Part shown: in pieces, positions 30,348-40,425 of the stretch
Layout: the number at the start of each line of letters is the position of its first letter
Numbering within the stretch: the stretch's first letter is position 1
Notes under the pieces: generated by a model
What the model was told of the DNA's origin: nothing
What the model saw: only the letters and a program-made list of their open reading frames with translations
Databases searched by the model: none
Position numbers and translations under genes: made by a program
Source: Planctomycetota bacterium
GTDB lineage: Bacteria; Planctomycetota; PLA2; JAEUHO01
Assembly (NCBI GenBank): GCA_965222115.1
Contig: CBDCTJ010000007.1
Coordinates: forward strand, 864,001 to 928,000
DNA: 64,000 nucleotides
Direction: 5' to 3'

Positions 30348-32204
30348 CTATCGAATCGAATAGCTCGGGTCAAGCGACAAGATGTAGAGCAGGCCGCGCA
30401 GTCGAATGCTGATATGGCCCGCATTCGTCGGATCGAAGGGCTCTGACGAGTCAATCGTTCCATCCGGGTTACGCGTCGTGTTCAGGAAGTCGATGTATTC
30501 CTGCCGGGATTCGGGCGTGAGGGTCAACCGCAATTGAACCGCAATCGCATCTACGACTTCGCCCGCGGTAGGCGTGCCCGCCGGCATGAGCGCTGCGATA
30601 TCGCCCGCGTTGTACTGCAACTGCCAGTTCACCGCATTGGTGCGGTCAATCATGGATTGCGATGACAGCCACTCGGTATTGACTGGCCAACCGTCTACAA
30701 CCGGCGGTTCAGACGGGCGATTGCCCATCAAGTTGTTGTAGCTGTCCGATCGAACGATGATGTTGTTGTACAGCGCGGCATCGTCATCCGGATCACCGAT
30801 CAAGCCTGTGGTGCGTCCAAAGCCGATGGTGAGTTCCACCGGACTCTTCACGAAGTCAGCGGCCTTTGCCTTCGTAGAAAACATGGCGCGTGAACTGAGC
30901 ATCTTTGCCAGGACAGGTTGCATTTCCCAACCACCGGTGCGCAAGTCGTCGGCCAACTCATCGATCACCGTTTGGGGAGGATCGGGATACAGGAAGTACT
31001 CAAGCAGTGACCTCATGATCCACTGTGCACAGCGACTCACCTCCACGCCGTTGGCGCCCGGCACCATGTCGCCGAGTGTAATGTCCACCATGCGCTCGTA
31101 GTCGTCAGTGGCATTCTGGCCTACGACCGTTTGACCCAGCACGGTCTTGTCGGTGGCGTCGTGCCGCGCAGGAACGAACTCAATGTAGCGTTGTCCGGTC
31201 GTGCTGTTGTACTTGCTCTGGTAGCCGGTAAACGCGCGCGCCGCTTCGGCGATGTCCCCTTCGGTGTAGCCGTTGTCCACGCCAAAGCAATAGAGTTCAA
31301 ACCACTCGCGCCCGAAGTTTTCATTGGGCGAACTGCCAACACTGCGAACGCCATCGAGCCACTCCAACATGGCCCAGTCTCGCGAGAGGTTCAAGAGGAA
31401 CGTTCGCAAGTTGCCGCTGCCGTCTTCGCGAAGTTTGCGAATGTGCTCAATCATGTAGTAGCGACTGTTCGAATCCGTGTCGGTTACGGCGGTTGCAAAG
31501 TGATCGTGTAGTTTTAGCGCATAGACCTCCTGGAACGGGTTGTCATTGGCGCCGATCATGTAGAGCCAATAACGGGCTAGGTCGGTAAGTGACGGATGCG
31601 TTCCGTTGGGGTCATTGGTTGCATCGATGATGTACTGATTGCGCGCGGCGGTTTCCAACGCGGGCGTGGCACCCAACTGGGTCATGTCATCGACATACTT
31701 GCCAAATCCCTTGGAGAGAATGGCGTCGTAGTGATCCTGGCGGAAGCCAAAATGCGTCCGGTTGAGAAAGTGGCGTATGTCGGCGTCGTCGGGCGAGGCG
31801 TGAAGCGCCAAATCGCGAAAGTCTGACCAAACGATCTCAAGGTCGAATGTGACCGAATCGGATCCCGCAGAGTTGGTACCCGTAATCATGAAGGTTTGCT
31901 GAGGCATGGGGCGCGCAGGCGTACCCAAGATGGCGCCCGACGCCGCGTCTTGATAGAGCCCCGCCGGAAGTGCCGGTGAACACGTCCAAGTGTCGACCGG
32001 ATCGCCATCGGCCGACGGCACAACGGCGGGAATACGACCGTCTGTTTCCGCGGTCAAGTCGTACATGGTGAGTGTGAGATTGGAAGGTGGCTCAATGACG
32101 GGCGTACCCCCGTCACCGCCTCCGCCGCCGCCCCCGCCACCGCATGCCGAAAGCGGTAGTGCGATAAGAAGGACTGACGTCGCTAGGAACAAAAACCGCG
32201 TCAT
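30348..32204 (-). CDS. DUF1800 lipoprotein with Ig domain, copy 2
   Basis: GGAGG RBS; LSAC + poly-Gly + He_PIG; HFLNRTHFG, PNENFGREWFEL, ARAFTG motifs. Confidence 0.9.
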   Translation of the reverse strand: MTRFLFLATSVLLIALPLSACGGGGGGGGGDGGTPVIEPPSNLTLTMYDLTAETDGRIPAVVPSADGDPVDTWTCSPALPAGLYQDAASGAILGTPARPMPQQTFMITGTNSAGSDSVTFDLEIVWSDFRDLALHASPDDADIRHFLNRTHFGFRQDHYDAILSKGFGKYVDDMTQLGATPALETAARNQYIIDATNDPNGTHPSLTDLARYWLYMIGANDNPFQEVYALKLHDHFATAVTDTDSNSRYYMIEHIRKLREDGSGNLRTFLLNLSRDWAMLEWLDGVRSVGSSPNENFGREWFELYCFGVDNGYTEGDIAEAARAFTGYQSKYNSTTGQRYIEFVPARHDATDKTVLGQTVVGQNATDDYERMVDITLGDMVPGANGVEVSRCAQWIMRSLLEYFLYPDPPQTVIDELADDLRTGGWEMQPVLAKMLSSRAMFSTKAKAADFVKSPVELTIGFGRTTGLIGDPDDDAALYNNIIVRSDSYNNLMGNRPSEPPVVDGWPVNTEWLSSQSMIDRTNAVNWQLQYNAGDIAALMPAGTPTAGEVVDAIAVQLRLTLTPESRQEYIDFLNTTRNPDGTIDSSEPFDPTNAGHISIRLRGLLYILSLDPSYSIR

Positions 32205-32421
32205 GACGACCTCCGATGTGCGCGTGTCCCTTTCCCGGCGTCTCATTCCGCTGCCTGCGGCGTCAATGCTAGCACCTCTTGTTTTTTCTGCAGGCGCACC
32301 CAAGTTGTGCCGAACTTGTGAAGCGCTTGGTCGTCAAGGTGTGTCGCCTCAGCGTCACAGGATTCACCGGTCTGCGCCGATCCGCGGTAGGACCCCAAAG
32401 AGTACGTCATTAGGAGGCCCG

Positions 32422-33876
32422 ATGAGTCGGTCGGTTGAGTCAGACACCATGGCCGCACTGCGGACGCCCGTTTCGACACTCGCGGAGCGCAGGGCCCGAG
32501 TATCAGGCGCCTGGGACCCAATTGTCAGCGCTGCCGACGGCCCGGCCCCCTACTTCTTGCTCGCCTGTGGGCTTCGCATGAACATCGAAGGTACCGATCA
32601 GGAGTATCGGTATCGCGGGCATAACGACTTTCGATATCTGACCGGCGACATAGGCCATGCACGCGTTCTCGTCTTTGATCCCATCGACGGAGCCGCCGGT
32701 TGGCTGGTCTTTGCGCCGGAAGCAACGACGCACGACTTGGTTTGGATTGGCACCGCGCCGTCCCTAGACGAATTGGCCGAAACGTCGGGCGTTCGCACTC
32801 GTCCGCTGAGTGATTTGGCGGCATGGATCGCCGAACGCGTTGATCGACCGGTTGCTTTGCTGGGATCCTGGGACCTTTTGGAACGGCCCCAAACCTACAA
32901 ATTGCACCCGGATGATGTCGGGCAGTTTCGCCTCGATGCCGAACTGCACCAACAGGCCACACACGCCCTCCATCGACTGCGCCGCGCAAAGGACGAACAT
33001 GAGATTGCCATCATGCGTGCCGCCAACGCGGCGTCGCGCGCGGGCCACGACTGCGCGATGCGGGTTGCGCATGAGGGGATGACCGAGCGCGCCCTACAGA
33101 TCGAACATGAAGCGGCCATGTTTCGCGCCGGTGCAGAAGCTACGGCCTATGGATCGATTGTGCTGACGGGAACGCGGGCAGCCGTCTTGCACGGCCAACC
33201 ATCGCACGCGCCCCTCAAAGCAAACGACTTCGTTCTAATAGATGCCGGTGCCGAGATACTCGGCTACGACAGCGACGTGACGCGTACGTTTCCGGTGACG
33301 CCACGCTTCCGTGCCGAACAACGCGTTTTGTATGAAGTCGTCTTGCATGCACAGTCCGCCGCCATTGATGATGTCATGCCTGGCGAACCCTTCGAAACGT
33401 TGCATCTCAACTGTGCGCGTCGTTTGGCGGAAGGTCTCGTGGGTTGTGGACTCTTGGTGGGCGCACCGGACGATCTCGTCGAGCGGCAGGCCATTGGCGT
33501 GTTCTTTCCGCACGGGTTGGGTCATTTGTTGGGGCTTGCCACACACGATGTCGGCGGACGGTTAGACGGCCCACGCACGGTTGATCATCCCGGGCTCGCT
33601 ACGCTCCGCAGTCGAGTCGATTTGGCCCCAGGCATGGTGATGACCATCGAACCGGGCATTTACTTTATCGATGCGCTGCTCGACGATCCCGCGATTCGCA
33701 AGCGCTTCGCCGACGACATTCATTGGGATCGTGTCGATGCATGGCGCCATCTTGGTGGCGTTCGTATTGAAGACAACGTGTTGGTCACCGCCACGGGGGG
33801 CATCAACCTCACGCGCGACATCGTGAAGTCGATCGACGGCATTGAGGCGCTGCGAGCGCAATCTGAACGCTCCTAA
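32422..33876 (+). CDS. Xaa-Pro aminopeptidase/prolidase (M24B)
   Basis: AGGAGG RBS; IDAG...YDSDVTRTF, PHGLGH.LGL.THD, TIEPG, GGVRIED motifs. Confidence 0.9.
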   Translation: MSRSVESDTMAALRTPVSTLAERRARVSGAWDPIVSAADGPAPYFLLACGLRMNIEGTDQEYRYRGHNDFRYLTGDIGHARVLVFDPIDGAAGWLVFAPEATTHDLVWIGTAPSLDELAETSGVRTRPLSDLAAWIAERVDRPVALLGSWDLLERPQTYKLHPDDVGQFRLDAELHQQATHALHRLRRAKDEHEIAIMRAANAASRAGHDCAMRVAHEGMTERALQIEHEAAMFRAGAEATAYGSIVLTGTRAAVLHGQPSHAPLKANDFVLIDAGAEILGYDSDVTRTFPVTPRFRAEQRVLYEVVLHAQSAAIDDVMPGEPFETLHLNCARRLAEGLVGCGLLVGAPDDLVERQAIGVFFPHGLGHLLGLATHDVGGRLDGPRTVDHPGLATLRSRVDLAPGMVMTIEPGIYFIDALLDDPAIRKRFADDIHWDRVDAWRHLGGVRIEDNVLVTATGGINLTRDIVKSIDGIEALRAQSERS

Positions 33877-33894
33877 CGGCGCGGCTGACGGCGC

Positions 33895-33916
33895 TTCATG
33901 AATAATTCCGAGCTAG
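33895..33916. repeat. Solo degenerate terminus of the MITE family seen at 40426-40675
   Basis: TTCATGAATAATTCCGAGCTAG versus TTCATGAATAGTCCGGGCTAG; intergenic. Confidence 0.55.
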
Positions 33917-34043
33917 ACCGCGTACCATGGGGGCCGCTCTTCCTTAGTGATGCACGCCACGACCTGCGCTACGATACCCGCCATTCAGTTCGTTTCCCAC
34001 CGCTCGCCGTCGCGAGTTCGTCGAGCCCCTTGTTGGAGAGTCC

Positions 34044-36980
34044 ATGCGAAACGAATCTTTGTCCGATCAAGGGTCAACACCCTGTGGCCTAAAACGAATG
34101 GCAACGGCGGCGCTTCGCGTGGCGTTTGTCCTCATGGCCACGTTCATCGTGGGAGCTTCCATGTCAAACGCGAATGCAAACGAGTCTGCAGACTTGGCCC
34201 TGGATGCCCGTCTTCCCCTTCACGAAGGCATCACGCATCACGGCGTATTGCGCAACGGCATGCGCTATTTGATATACCCTCACAAGATGCCGGCCGATCG
34301 CGTGGAAATGGTTATGCGTATTGGCACGGGGAGCGTTAACGAGACCGAACGCGAGCGAGGATTGGCGCACTACCTCGAGCACATGGCGTTTAACGGGAGC
34401 GAGCACTACCCCGCCGGTTCGCTTGTGAAGACCTTTGAGTCGCATGGTATGAAGTTTGGTCGCGACCAGAATGCATTTACGTCATTTGATCAGACAACGT
34501 ATTTGCTTAGCTTGCCCAATACCGCGCCCAAGACGTTGGATATGTGTTTCACGTTCTTTGCCGACGTGGGGTCACGACTGACGATTCCCAAGAAGGAAGT
34601 TGAAAAGGAACGGGGCGTCATTCTGGAAGAAGAGCGCATGCGTGACACCGTGTCGCAGCGCATAATTCAACGCATCGCCAAGGCGCTTGCGCCGGGATCA
34701 CGGTTCTCAGAGCGGTTTCCGATTGGCTTGACGCAGGTCATTCGTGAGACCACGCCCGAACACTTGCGAGGCTACTACGAACGCTGTTATCGCCCCGATG
34801 TCACCACGCTCATCGTGGTGGGGGATGTGGACGGCGCCACGATTGAGGCGCGCATCAAGAAGGCCTTTTCCGGTTGGCTTCGCCCGCACGCCGCGAAATC
34901 TCAAATGGCGGCCGAGATTGAGTCCAGCGATACATTTCAGGTTCGTGTCATGACCGATCCGGATGTGACCCAGGCGCAAGTGGCGCACATCGACTTTGTC
35001 GAGGCGCCGCGCACGAGAACGGTGCGCGATGCACGAACGGCATTGATCCGGCGTTTGGGGTCGCAAGTGCTCTCACGACGCCTTCGGCGCTTGATCCAGC
35101 GCGGGGATGCTCTGTTTTCGGACGCCCATGCCTTGATGCAACCCGTCGTGGGACGCGCATCGATCCGCCAAGTGGTTGCCGAAGGTGAAGTCGCTGCCTG
35201 GGAGATGTTGACGGAGCAGATGCTAAGGGAACAACGCCGCATGGTGCTTCACGGTGTCTTGGGCGATGAACTTGAGAGCGCCGTCACGATGTTGATCGCT
35301 CAGGCTGAGGCCGTTGCCAAACAGGCTGCCGCCATGCCCGCCAAGGCACTTGCTATGCAGATCAATCAATCGGTTACGGCCGGTTCGCCGCCCATGTCCC
35401 CCAAGCAAACGCTTGAACTCGTCAAGCGGATTGCTCCCACGATCACAACCGACGAAGTTAGCAACGCATTTCGCGTGCAGTTCGGTCTCGACCGAGGCCT
35501 TTTGTTGGCTGTGATGCCTGAGAAGGCAAGCGCTACCGTACCAACGCGAGACGCCCTCCGTGCCGTGTATGAACGTGTTATGGCCGAAGATCTTGCGCCG
35601 ACCGAGGCGACCGCGCGTGTGACGTCCATCTTGGACGCGGCGCCCACACCCGGAACAATCACAAGCACGGTGCCCTACAAGGAGCTCGGCGTTGAGACAT
35701 GGACGTTGTCCAATGGCATTCCCGTGTACGTAAAGCCGCTGGCATCGGAAACCAACACCGCCATCACATTTAAACTTTACGGCGGATTGCTGCATGAAGA
35801 CAAGGCCACGCGCGGGCTCACCGCGCTTGCCGATCCTGCCCTCGCGCTCGGGACCGCAGCGCTCGCGAATCGATCGTCCGAGGCGCTTTCGCGCTATTTT
35901 GAAGACAAGCGAGTGCACGTGTCGACGGATCGGCAAGCCGATGGCATCACATTGTCTGTTACGGGTGCGCCTGAAGATATTGAACCGGGCTTGGCGCTCG
36001 TCTATGGATTGCTCACGCAGCCTGTGCTGGAAAAATCCGCGTTTGATAATGCACGTTCCGACTACTTGCGCACCATCCGGGATACGCGTGTGGAAGCGCA
36101 GCAGGCGTTGGGTGCCAAGATGCGCGAGGTCTTGGGGAATGGCGCAGCGCGAGTGCGCGTTCCCACGGAAGATCACCTAAACGCCCTCACGCTTGATGAC
36201 GCTCGCGCCTGGCTCAAACGCTTGGTTTCCACGTCGGCCATGGATGTGGCCATCGCTGGCACGTTTACACCCGAACAAGCAAAGGGATGGGCGACCACGT
36301 TTATGGCATCGCTCCCCGAGCGTAAGGAATCGCTCGCGACGGTGCGCAAGGCACGCGTGGCCACGTTTGGCGGAATGGGTGTCGATGCGCGCGTCGAACT
36401 CGATACGGCGTCACCGGCGGCGTGGGTCATGCAAGGATGGCGCGGGCTTCGAGGCCGTGACGTAGAAGAAGCCTGTGCAGCGACCGTGGCCGCCAACATC
36501 TTCAGTACGCGCTTGCTCCAAGATATTCGCGAAGCGCGCGGCATCGTGTACACGATATCGGCACGTTACTCTGTGGGCCGCTTGGACGGGATTGCCCACT
36601 GCGCGTCGTTCTTTAGTGCACCCCACGACAAACTCGCACTTGCGAGCGAGACGGCGCAACAACTCGGTATTGCGTATGGCGGGGACCACGGACCCACCGA
36701 CGAAGAGCTTGCCACCGTTCAAAAGACGATTCTAAGTAGCCTGGAGCCGCGCCTCGAACGAGCCAACTATTGGGCGGGCGTGTTGGCCGGCTCGTCGGTG
36801 GAGCCCGATGGACTCACTCGTGTTCACAAGCGAATCGAGTGCATGCGCGCCATTGATGCGGCGAAGGTTCGCGCGGCAGCAAAGACGATGTTTCAACCCG
36901 AAAACTGGTTCCAAGTTATGGCGGGCCCCAAGGGTGCGCTGCCGTCCAAGAATCCGGTCGGCGCCGGGGCCACGAAGTAG
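34044..36980 (+). CDS. M16 zinc protease (PqqL-like), exported; true start possibly 34098
   Basis: GLAHYLEHMAFNG inverted zincin, NAFTSFDQT, ERGVILEE, IRE..G..Y motifs; signal peptide. Confidence 0.9.
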   Translation: MRNESLSDQGSTPCGLKRMATAALRVAFVLMATFIVGASMSNANANESADLALDARLPLHEGITHHGVLRNGMRYLIYPHKMPADRVEMVMRIGTGSVNETERERGLAHYLEHMAFNGSEHYPAGSLVKTFESHGMKFGRDQNAFTSFDQTTYLLSLPNTAPKTLDMCFTFFADVGSRLTIPKKEVEKERGVILEEERMRDTVSQRIIQRIAKALAPGSRFSERFPIGLTQVIRETTPEHLRGYYERCYRPDVTTLIVVGDVDGATIEARIKKAFSGWLRPHAAKSQMAAEIESSDTFQVRVMTDPDVTQAQVAHIDFVEAPRTRTVRDARTALIRRLGSQVLSRRLRRLIQRGDALFSDAHALMQPVVGRASIRQVVAEGEVAAWEMLTEQMLREQRRMVLHGVLGDELESAVTMLIAQAEAVAKQAAAMPAKALAMQINQSVTAGSPPMSPKQTLELVKRIAPTITTDEVSNAFRVQFGLDRGLLLAVMPEKASATVPTRDALRAVYERVMAEDLAPTEATARVTSILDAAPTPGTITSTVPYKELGVETWTLSNGIPVYVKPLASETNTAITFKLYGGLLHEDKATRGLTALADPALALGTAALANRSSEALSRYFEDKRVHVSTDRQADGITLSVTGAPEDIEPGLALVYGLLTQPVLEKSAFDNARSDYLRTIRDTRVEAQQALGAKMREVLGNGAARVRVPTEDHLNALTLDDARAWLKRLVSTSAMDVAIAGTFTPEQAKGWATTFMASLPERKESLATVRKARVATFGGMGVDARVELDTASPAAWVMQGWRGLRGRDVEEACAATVAANIFSTRLLQDIREARGIVYTISARYSVGRLDGIAHCASFFSAPHDKLALASETAQQLGIAYGGDHGPTDEELATVQKTILSSLEPRLERANYWAGVLAGSSVEPDGLTRVHKRIECMRAIDAAKVRAAAKTMFQPENWFQVMAGPKGALPSKNPVGAGATK

Positions 36981-36985
36981 TACGG

Positions 36986-37129
36986 TCAATCCTCGCTGGT
37001 TCGCGGTAGCGCCGTGGCGGGGTCCACGTCATCGATGCGCGACATGAGCACGACCGTTGCCGCCACGATGAGGACACCCACCACCACAAGCATGGTTCGA
37101 ACCAGAGTGCGATACGTCGGTCGGTGCAT
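36986..37129 (-). CDS. Possible 47-aa single-TM protein (below the ORF-track cutoff)
   Basis: MHRPTYRTLVRTMLVVVGVLIVAATVVLMSRIDDVDPATALPRTSED; fits the gap and stops 5 bp from the M16 stop. Confidence 0.4.
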   Translation of the reverse strand: MHRPTYRTLVRTMLVVVGVLIVAATVVLMSRIDDVDPATALPRTSED

Positions 37130-37198
37130 GTGGATAGGTTATTCACTCCGTGGCACTTGCCCCTGCTTGGCATGAGGGATTGCCGATAGGATCGCCTC

Positions 37199-39016
37199 AT
37201 GGATGCATACGGGTGGACGGCGGTTGGCGTTTTGGTGGTCGCCACCGTTCTGTTCATCACGCGCTGGATTCCGCTCGCGATGACGGCGCTTGCCATTCCC
37301 GTCGTGTTGCACTTCGCCGGTGTATTACCCGATGTCCGCGACGCATTTGTTGGCTTTGGCAATCAGGCCGTCCTCGCCATCGCGGCGGTGATGGTGCTTG
37401 GCGCGTCGCTTCGCGAGAGTGGCGTGGCGACCTACATTGCCCGCGGCATTCAACGCGTTGCCGGCACGGGCGAATCGGGACTCATCTGTTTGATGATGCT
37501 CACGACCGGTGTACTCAGTGCGTTCATGAATAACGCCGCGGTAGTGGCCATGCTTTTGCCGGTCACGGCGGTGCTGGCACGACGGTCCGGCGTTTCGCCC
37601 TCTCGCCTCTTTCTTCCCATGGCCGTCGCTGCCGTCTTGGGGGGCACCATCACGCTGATCGGCTCGGCACCCAACCTGTTGATGGCCGACTACTACAACT
37701 TGACGCTTGACGCGCCGAGCGGCGAACTCGGCATGTTTGATATGGCCATGATCGGCGTGCCACTTCTGCTCGTGGGCACGCTGTTGATGGCTGTTGTCGT
37801 CCGCCGATTACTTCCGCGACGTGTGTCCATTGACGACACGGTGCGTGGACGGAGTCCCGAGGAAGCGGCCTCCGCCTACTTGCTTGCCGAAAAGCTCTAT
37901 GAGATGCGCGTCGTAAAGGGGTCGAGCGTGGTTGGCAAGAGCATTGAGGATGCCGGTATTCGCGCCAAGCACGGGCTGGGCATTTTGGCTGTATGCCGTC
38001 CTACGGGACTCGGGCGCAATTGGTTGCAACCGCATCCTTCGTTGGTCATGGAGCCGGAAGATCGCCTCTTTATCGAGGGTCCCGACGAAGCCGCGTGGGA
38101 GTTTGCCGAAACGGAGGTCTTGCAACTCGGGTTAGCCAGTGAAGACACGATTCGTCGCGTCATCAAACACGGTACGGTGCTTGGTGAAGTGGCGCTTTCT
38201 CCCCACGCTCCCGTGCTTGGTCTATCGCTTCGTGAAGTCGGCTTTCGTCGACGCCATCACCTCAATGTGGTTGGGCTCTGGCGCTACAACCAACCGGTAC
38301 GTGAGCGATTTGAGGAAACGCCGCTTCAGATCGGTGATGCGCTCTTGGTATCGGGCACGCTTGACGACTTGGCCACGCTTTCCACCAACTCCGATTACAT
38401 CGTCTTGACCGACCATCGCCACGACGAGGACGTCACGCATGCGCCCATGGCCATGGGCATTTTGGCGTTGGCCCTGTTGCCACCGGTGCTATTTGGCGTT
38501 TCGTTCAGCATGGCAGCGTTGGGGGCCGCCATTTTGATGGTGGCCACGGGCTGCATTGCACGACATCGCGTGCTGCGAAGCATTGACTGGAGCGTGCTCG
38601 CGCTCATTGTCGGTACGTTGCCCTTGGGTGTCGCGCTCGAACGCCAGGGCATTTCGGAATCCGTCGCGGCGTGGTTTCACTATTTGCCCGACGTGGGAGG
38701 CGGCATCCTCGTTTATGCCGCACTGTTTTTGATGGCTGCCGTGCTGGCGATACTCACAACCAACGCGGCCGCGGCGGTCATCGTCGCACCGGTGGCGGCC
38801 GCCGCAGCAGGCGTCATGAGCCTCGATCCCAAACGGGCGCTGCTAGCGATGACCTTCGGGTGTAGTTGCAACTTCCTGTTGCCCTTCATGCAGTGCAATC
38901 TGCTTGTTCTTACCCCGGGTGGGTATCGCACCAAGGACTACTTGAAAGTCGGTGGCGTGATGTCACTCGTCATGGCGGTGACCGTCATATTGTTACTCGC
39001 CTTCGGCGTTGTCTAG
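37199..39016 (+). CDS. SLC13/CitMHS-like transporter with TrkA-C domains
   Basis: SAFMNNAA, LGG.ITLIGS.PNL, two central RCK_C-like domains, PGGYR..DY motif. Confidence 0.88.
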   Translation: MDAYGWTAVGVLVVATVLFITRWIPLAMTALAIPVVLHFAGVLPDVRDAFVGFGNQAVLAIAAVMVLGASLRESGVATYIARGIQRVAGTGESGLICLMMLTTGVLSAFMNNAAVVAMLLPVTAVLARRSGVSPSRLFLPMAVAAVLGGTITLIGSAPNLLMADYYNLTLDAPSGELGMFDMAMIGVPLLLVGTLLMAVVVRRLLPRRVSIDDTVRGRSPEEAASAYLLAEKLYEMRVVKGSSVVGKSIEDAGIRAKHGLGILAVCRPTGLGRNWLQPHPSLVMEPEDRLFIEGPDEAAWEFAETEVLQLGLASEDTIRRVIKHGTVLGEVALSPHAPVLGLSLREVGFRRRHHLNVVGLWRYNQPVRERFEETPLQIGDALLVSGTLDDLATLSTNSDYIVLTDHRHDEDVTHAPMAMGILALALLPPVLFGVSFSMAALGAAILMVATGCIARHRVLRSIDWSVLALIVGTLPLGVALERQGISESVAAWFHYLPDVGGGILVYAALFLMAAVLAILTTNAAAAVIVAPVAAAAAGVMSLDPKRALLAMTFGCSCNFLLPFMQCNLLVLTPGGYRTKDYLKVGGVMSLVMAVTVILLLAFGVV

Positions 39017-39288
39017 CGACTCACGCGGCTGTTTCGCGGGGGGAGTGACGAGCGAAAACGAGGCAACGAGCGTGTCAGGCGGCGGTTTACGAATCGTTCC
39101 ATGCGACGTTGTTCTTCACGCTTGCGGAGTTCGTGGCGTAGGGCTCGTTTGACACCGGACTTGACCGCGCGCTTGGTCATCGACTTCGTGATCGAGCGCA
39201 CGACCGGCTTGCATCCGCAAAAGCCCGTGCCCATGCCCAGCAGGGCAACGAGGGTGATCGCCGACATCAGTGTGTTTCGTGTCGTCAT
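39013..39288 (-). CDS. Small basic hypothetical protein, possible lipoprotein
   Basis: Hydrophobic N-terminus ending FCGC, then R/K-rich; GGAG upstream. Confidence 0.45.
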   Translation of the reverse strand: MTTRNTLMSAITLVALLGMGTGFCGCKPVVRSITKSMTKRAVKSGVKRALRHELRKREEQRRMERFVNRRLTRSLPRFRSSLPPRNSRVSR

Positions 39289-39370
39289 GATGAACTCCAT
39301 GCCCCCGGGACGTTCCCGGTTCAGGAGTCATGTACGGATTGCAAGTTGGATGTCGCAGCGGATTCCGAAA

Positions 39371-40285
39371 TTAGTGTTTCCCGACAAGGTCTCGCAGCGC
39401 AACCAGCCCATTTTTGCACCAATCCGTGGCCGGGGAGACGCCAAGTGAGCGGGGCCGGAGGCCCATGCGGCGCAGGCGGGCGTTGAATCGGTGGGCGCGA
39501 CGCGCGCGCCTGGAGCGCGAGGAATGATAGTGGAATTGCGCGAGAACGGCGGGTGCCTCGTTGTCTTCGGCGATGGCGATCCAATGCGGTGCCAAGCGGG
39601 GGAGTGAAATGCCTTGCCCCATGTCGAGGCGCCATTCCCAGTCTGGATGGAGGCCGCGACGAAGATCGACGGGCGTACGATCTGCACCAAGCGCGATCTG
39701 TTCGGCGACGCGTTCACTGAGCACATCTTGACGGCGCGGTTCCCAAACGGAGATCGCGCTCCTGCCAGCGACTTGCAACATGAGGCCATGGGTCCCACAC
39801 GCGTGTACGGGCACGACACTGCCGGGTGCGGCTACGAGAATGGACAGGCCTGTCGGCCGAATGCCACTGAGGATGGCTCTGCATTCATTGGCGAGTTCCG
39901 CCGTACATCGCTGTAAGAGCTGTTCTTTCGCATTCTCCTGATGCGAACGATGAAGCCAAACATGGCCGCGGCCCCGTTGTACTCGTTCGAGTGCCTCTGC
40001 GTGTTGCGCCGCCTCGACCGAAGACACCTGCATGACGGATGGGGAATCCAGGAGATTGGCCACAACGAGCAACGCCTCGGGGGAGAACGTGGACGCCCCG
40101 TCCAAGTGATGGCGGATCAGAAACGGTTGATCGGGGTAGAGCGTCCGCAAGGCTTCTTCCGACCGATGAAGGTCGAGTGAGCGTTGGGGTTCCTTGACGC
40201 TCGCCACCAATGGTTGACTCTCCCGGCTTGCGGGCATCGAGACTGCGGGGCTCGGCGTTGATACAGACACTGACGAAGAGGTCAT
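39371..40285 (-). CDS. Cupin/JmjC-like hypothetical protein
   Basis: YPDQPFLIRHHL N-terminus; PVH..LMLQVAG..ISVW and G....PR.APHWI double-stranded beta-helix pattern. Confidence 0.6.
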   Translation of the reverse strand: MTSSSVSVSTPSPAVSMPASRESQPLVASVKEPQRSLDLHRSEEALRTLYPDQPFLIRHHLDGASTFSPEALLVVANLLDSPSVMQVSSVEAAQHAEALERVQRGRGHVWLHRSHQENAKEQLLQRCTAELANECRAILSGIRPTGLSILVAAPGSVVPVHACGTHGLMLQVAGRSAISVWEPRRQDVLSERVAEQIALGADRTPVDLRRGLHPDWEWRLDMGQGISLPRLAPHWIAIAEDNEAPAVLAQFHYHSSRSRRARRAHRFNARLRRMGLRPRSLGVSPATDWCKNGLVALRDLVGKH

Positions 40286-40425
40286 GGCGGAGACTCCACG
40301 TCTCCTTTCGACGACTTGGGGTCCAAAGTGGAGCCCTGGATCGCTCCCCGAGCCCTGATTGGTCGTCTTTGGGCACGATTGAAGGGGCCTCAGCGGTCAG
40401 TGCATCGTCCAAACGGGTCATTCGG

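Noticed and set aside
31990-32421. 144-aa Pro-rich N-terminal extension on the aminopeptidase
   Set aside because: Antisense shadow of the DUF1800 poly-Gly region; a good RBS and ATG exist at 32422.
35223-36176. Long antisense ORF (317 aa) and similar shadows elsewhere
   Set aside because: Fully overlaps a well-supported gene, has no motifs, and is expected in high-GC DNA.
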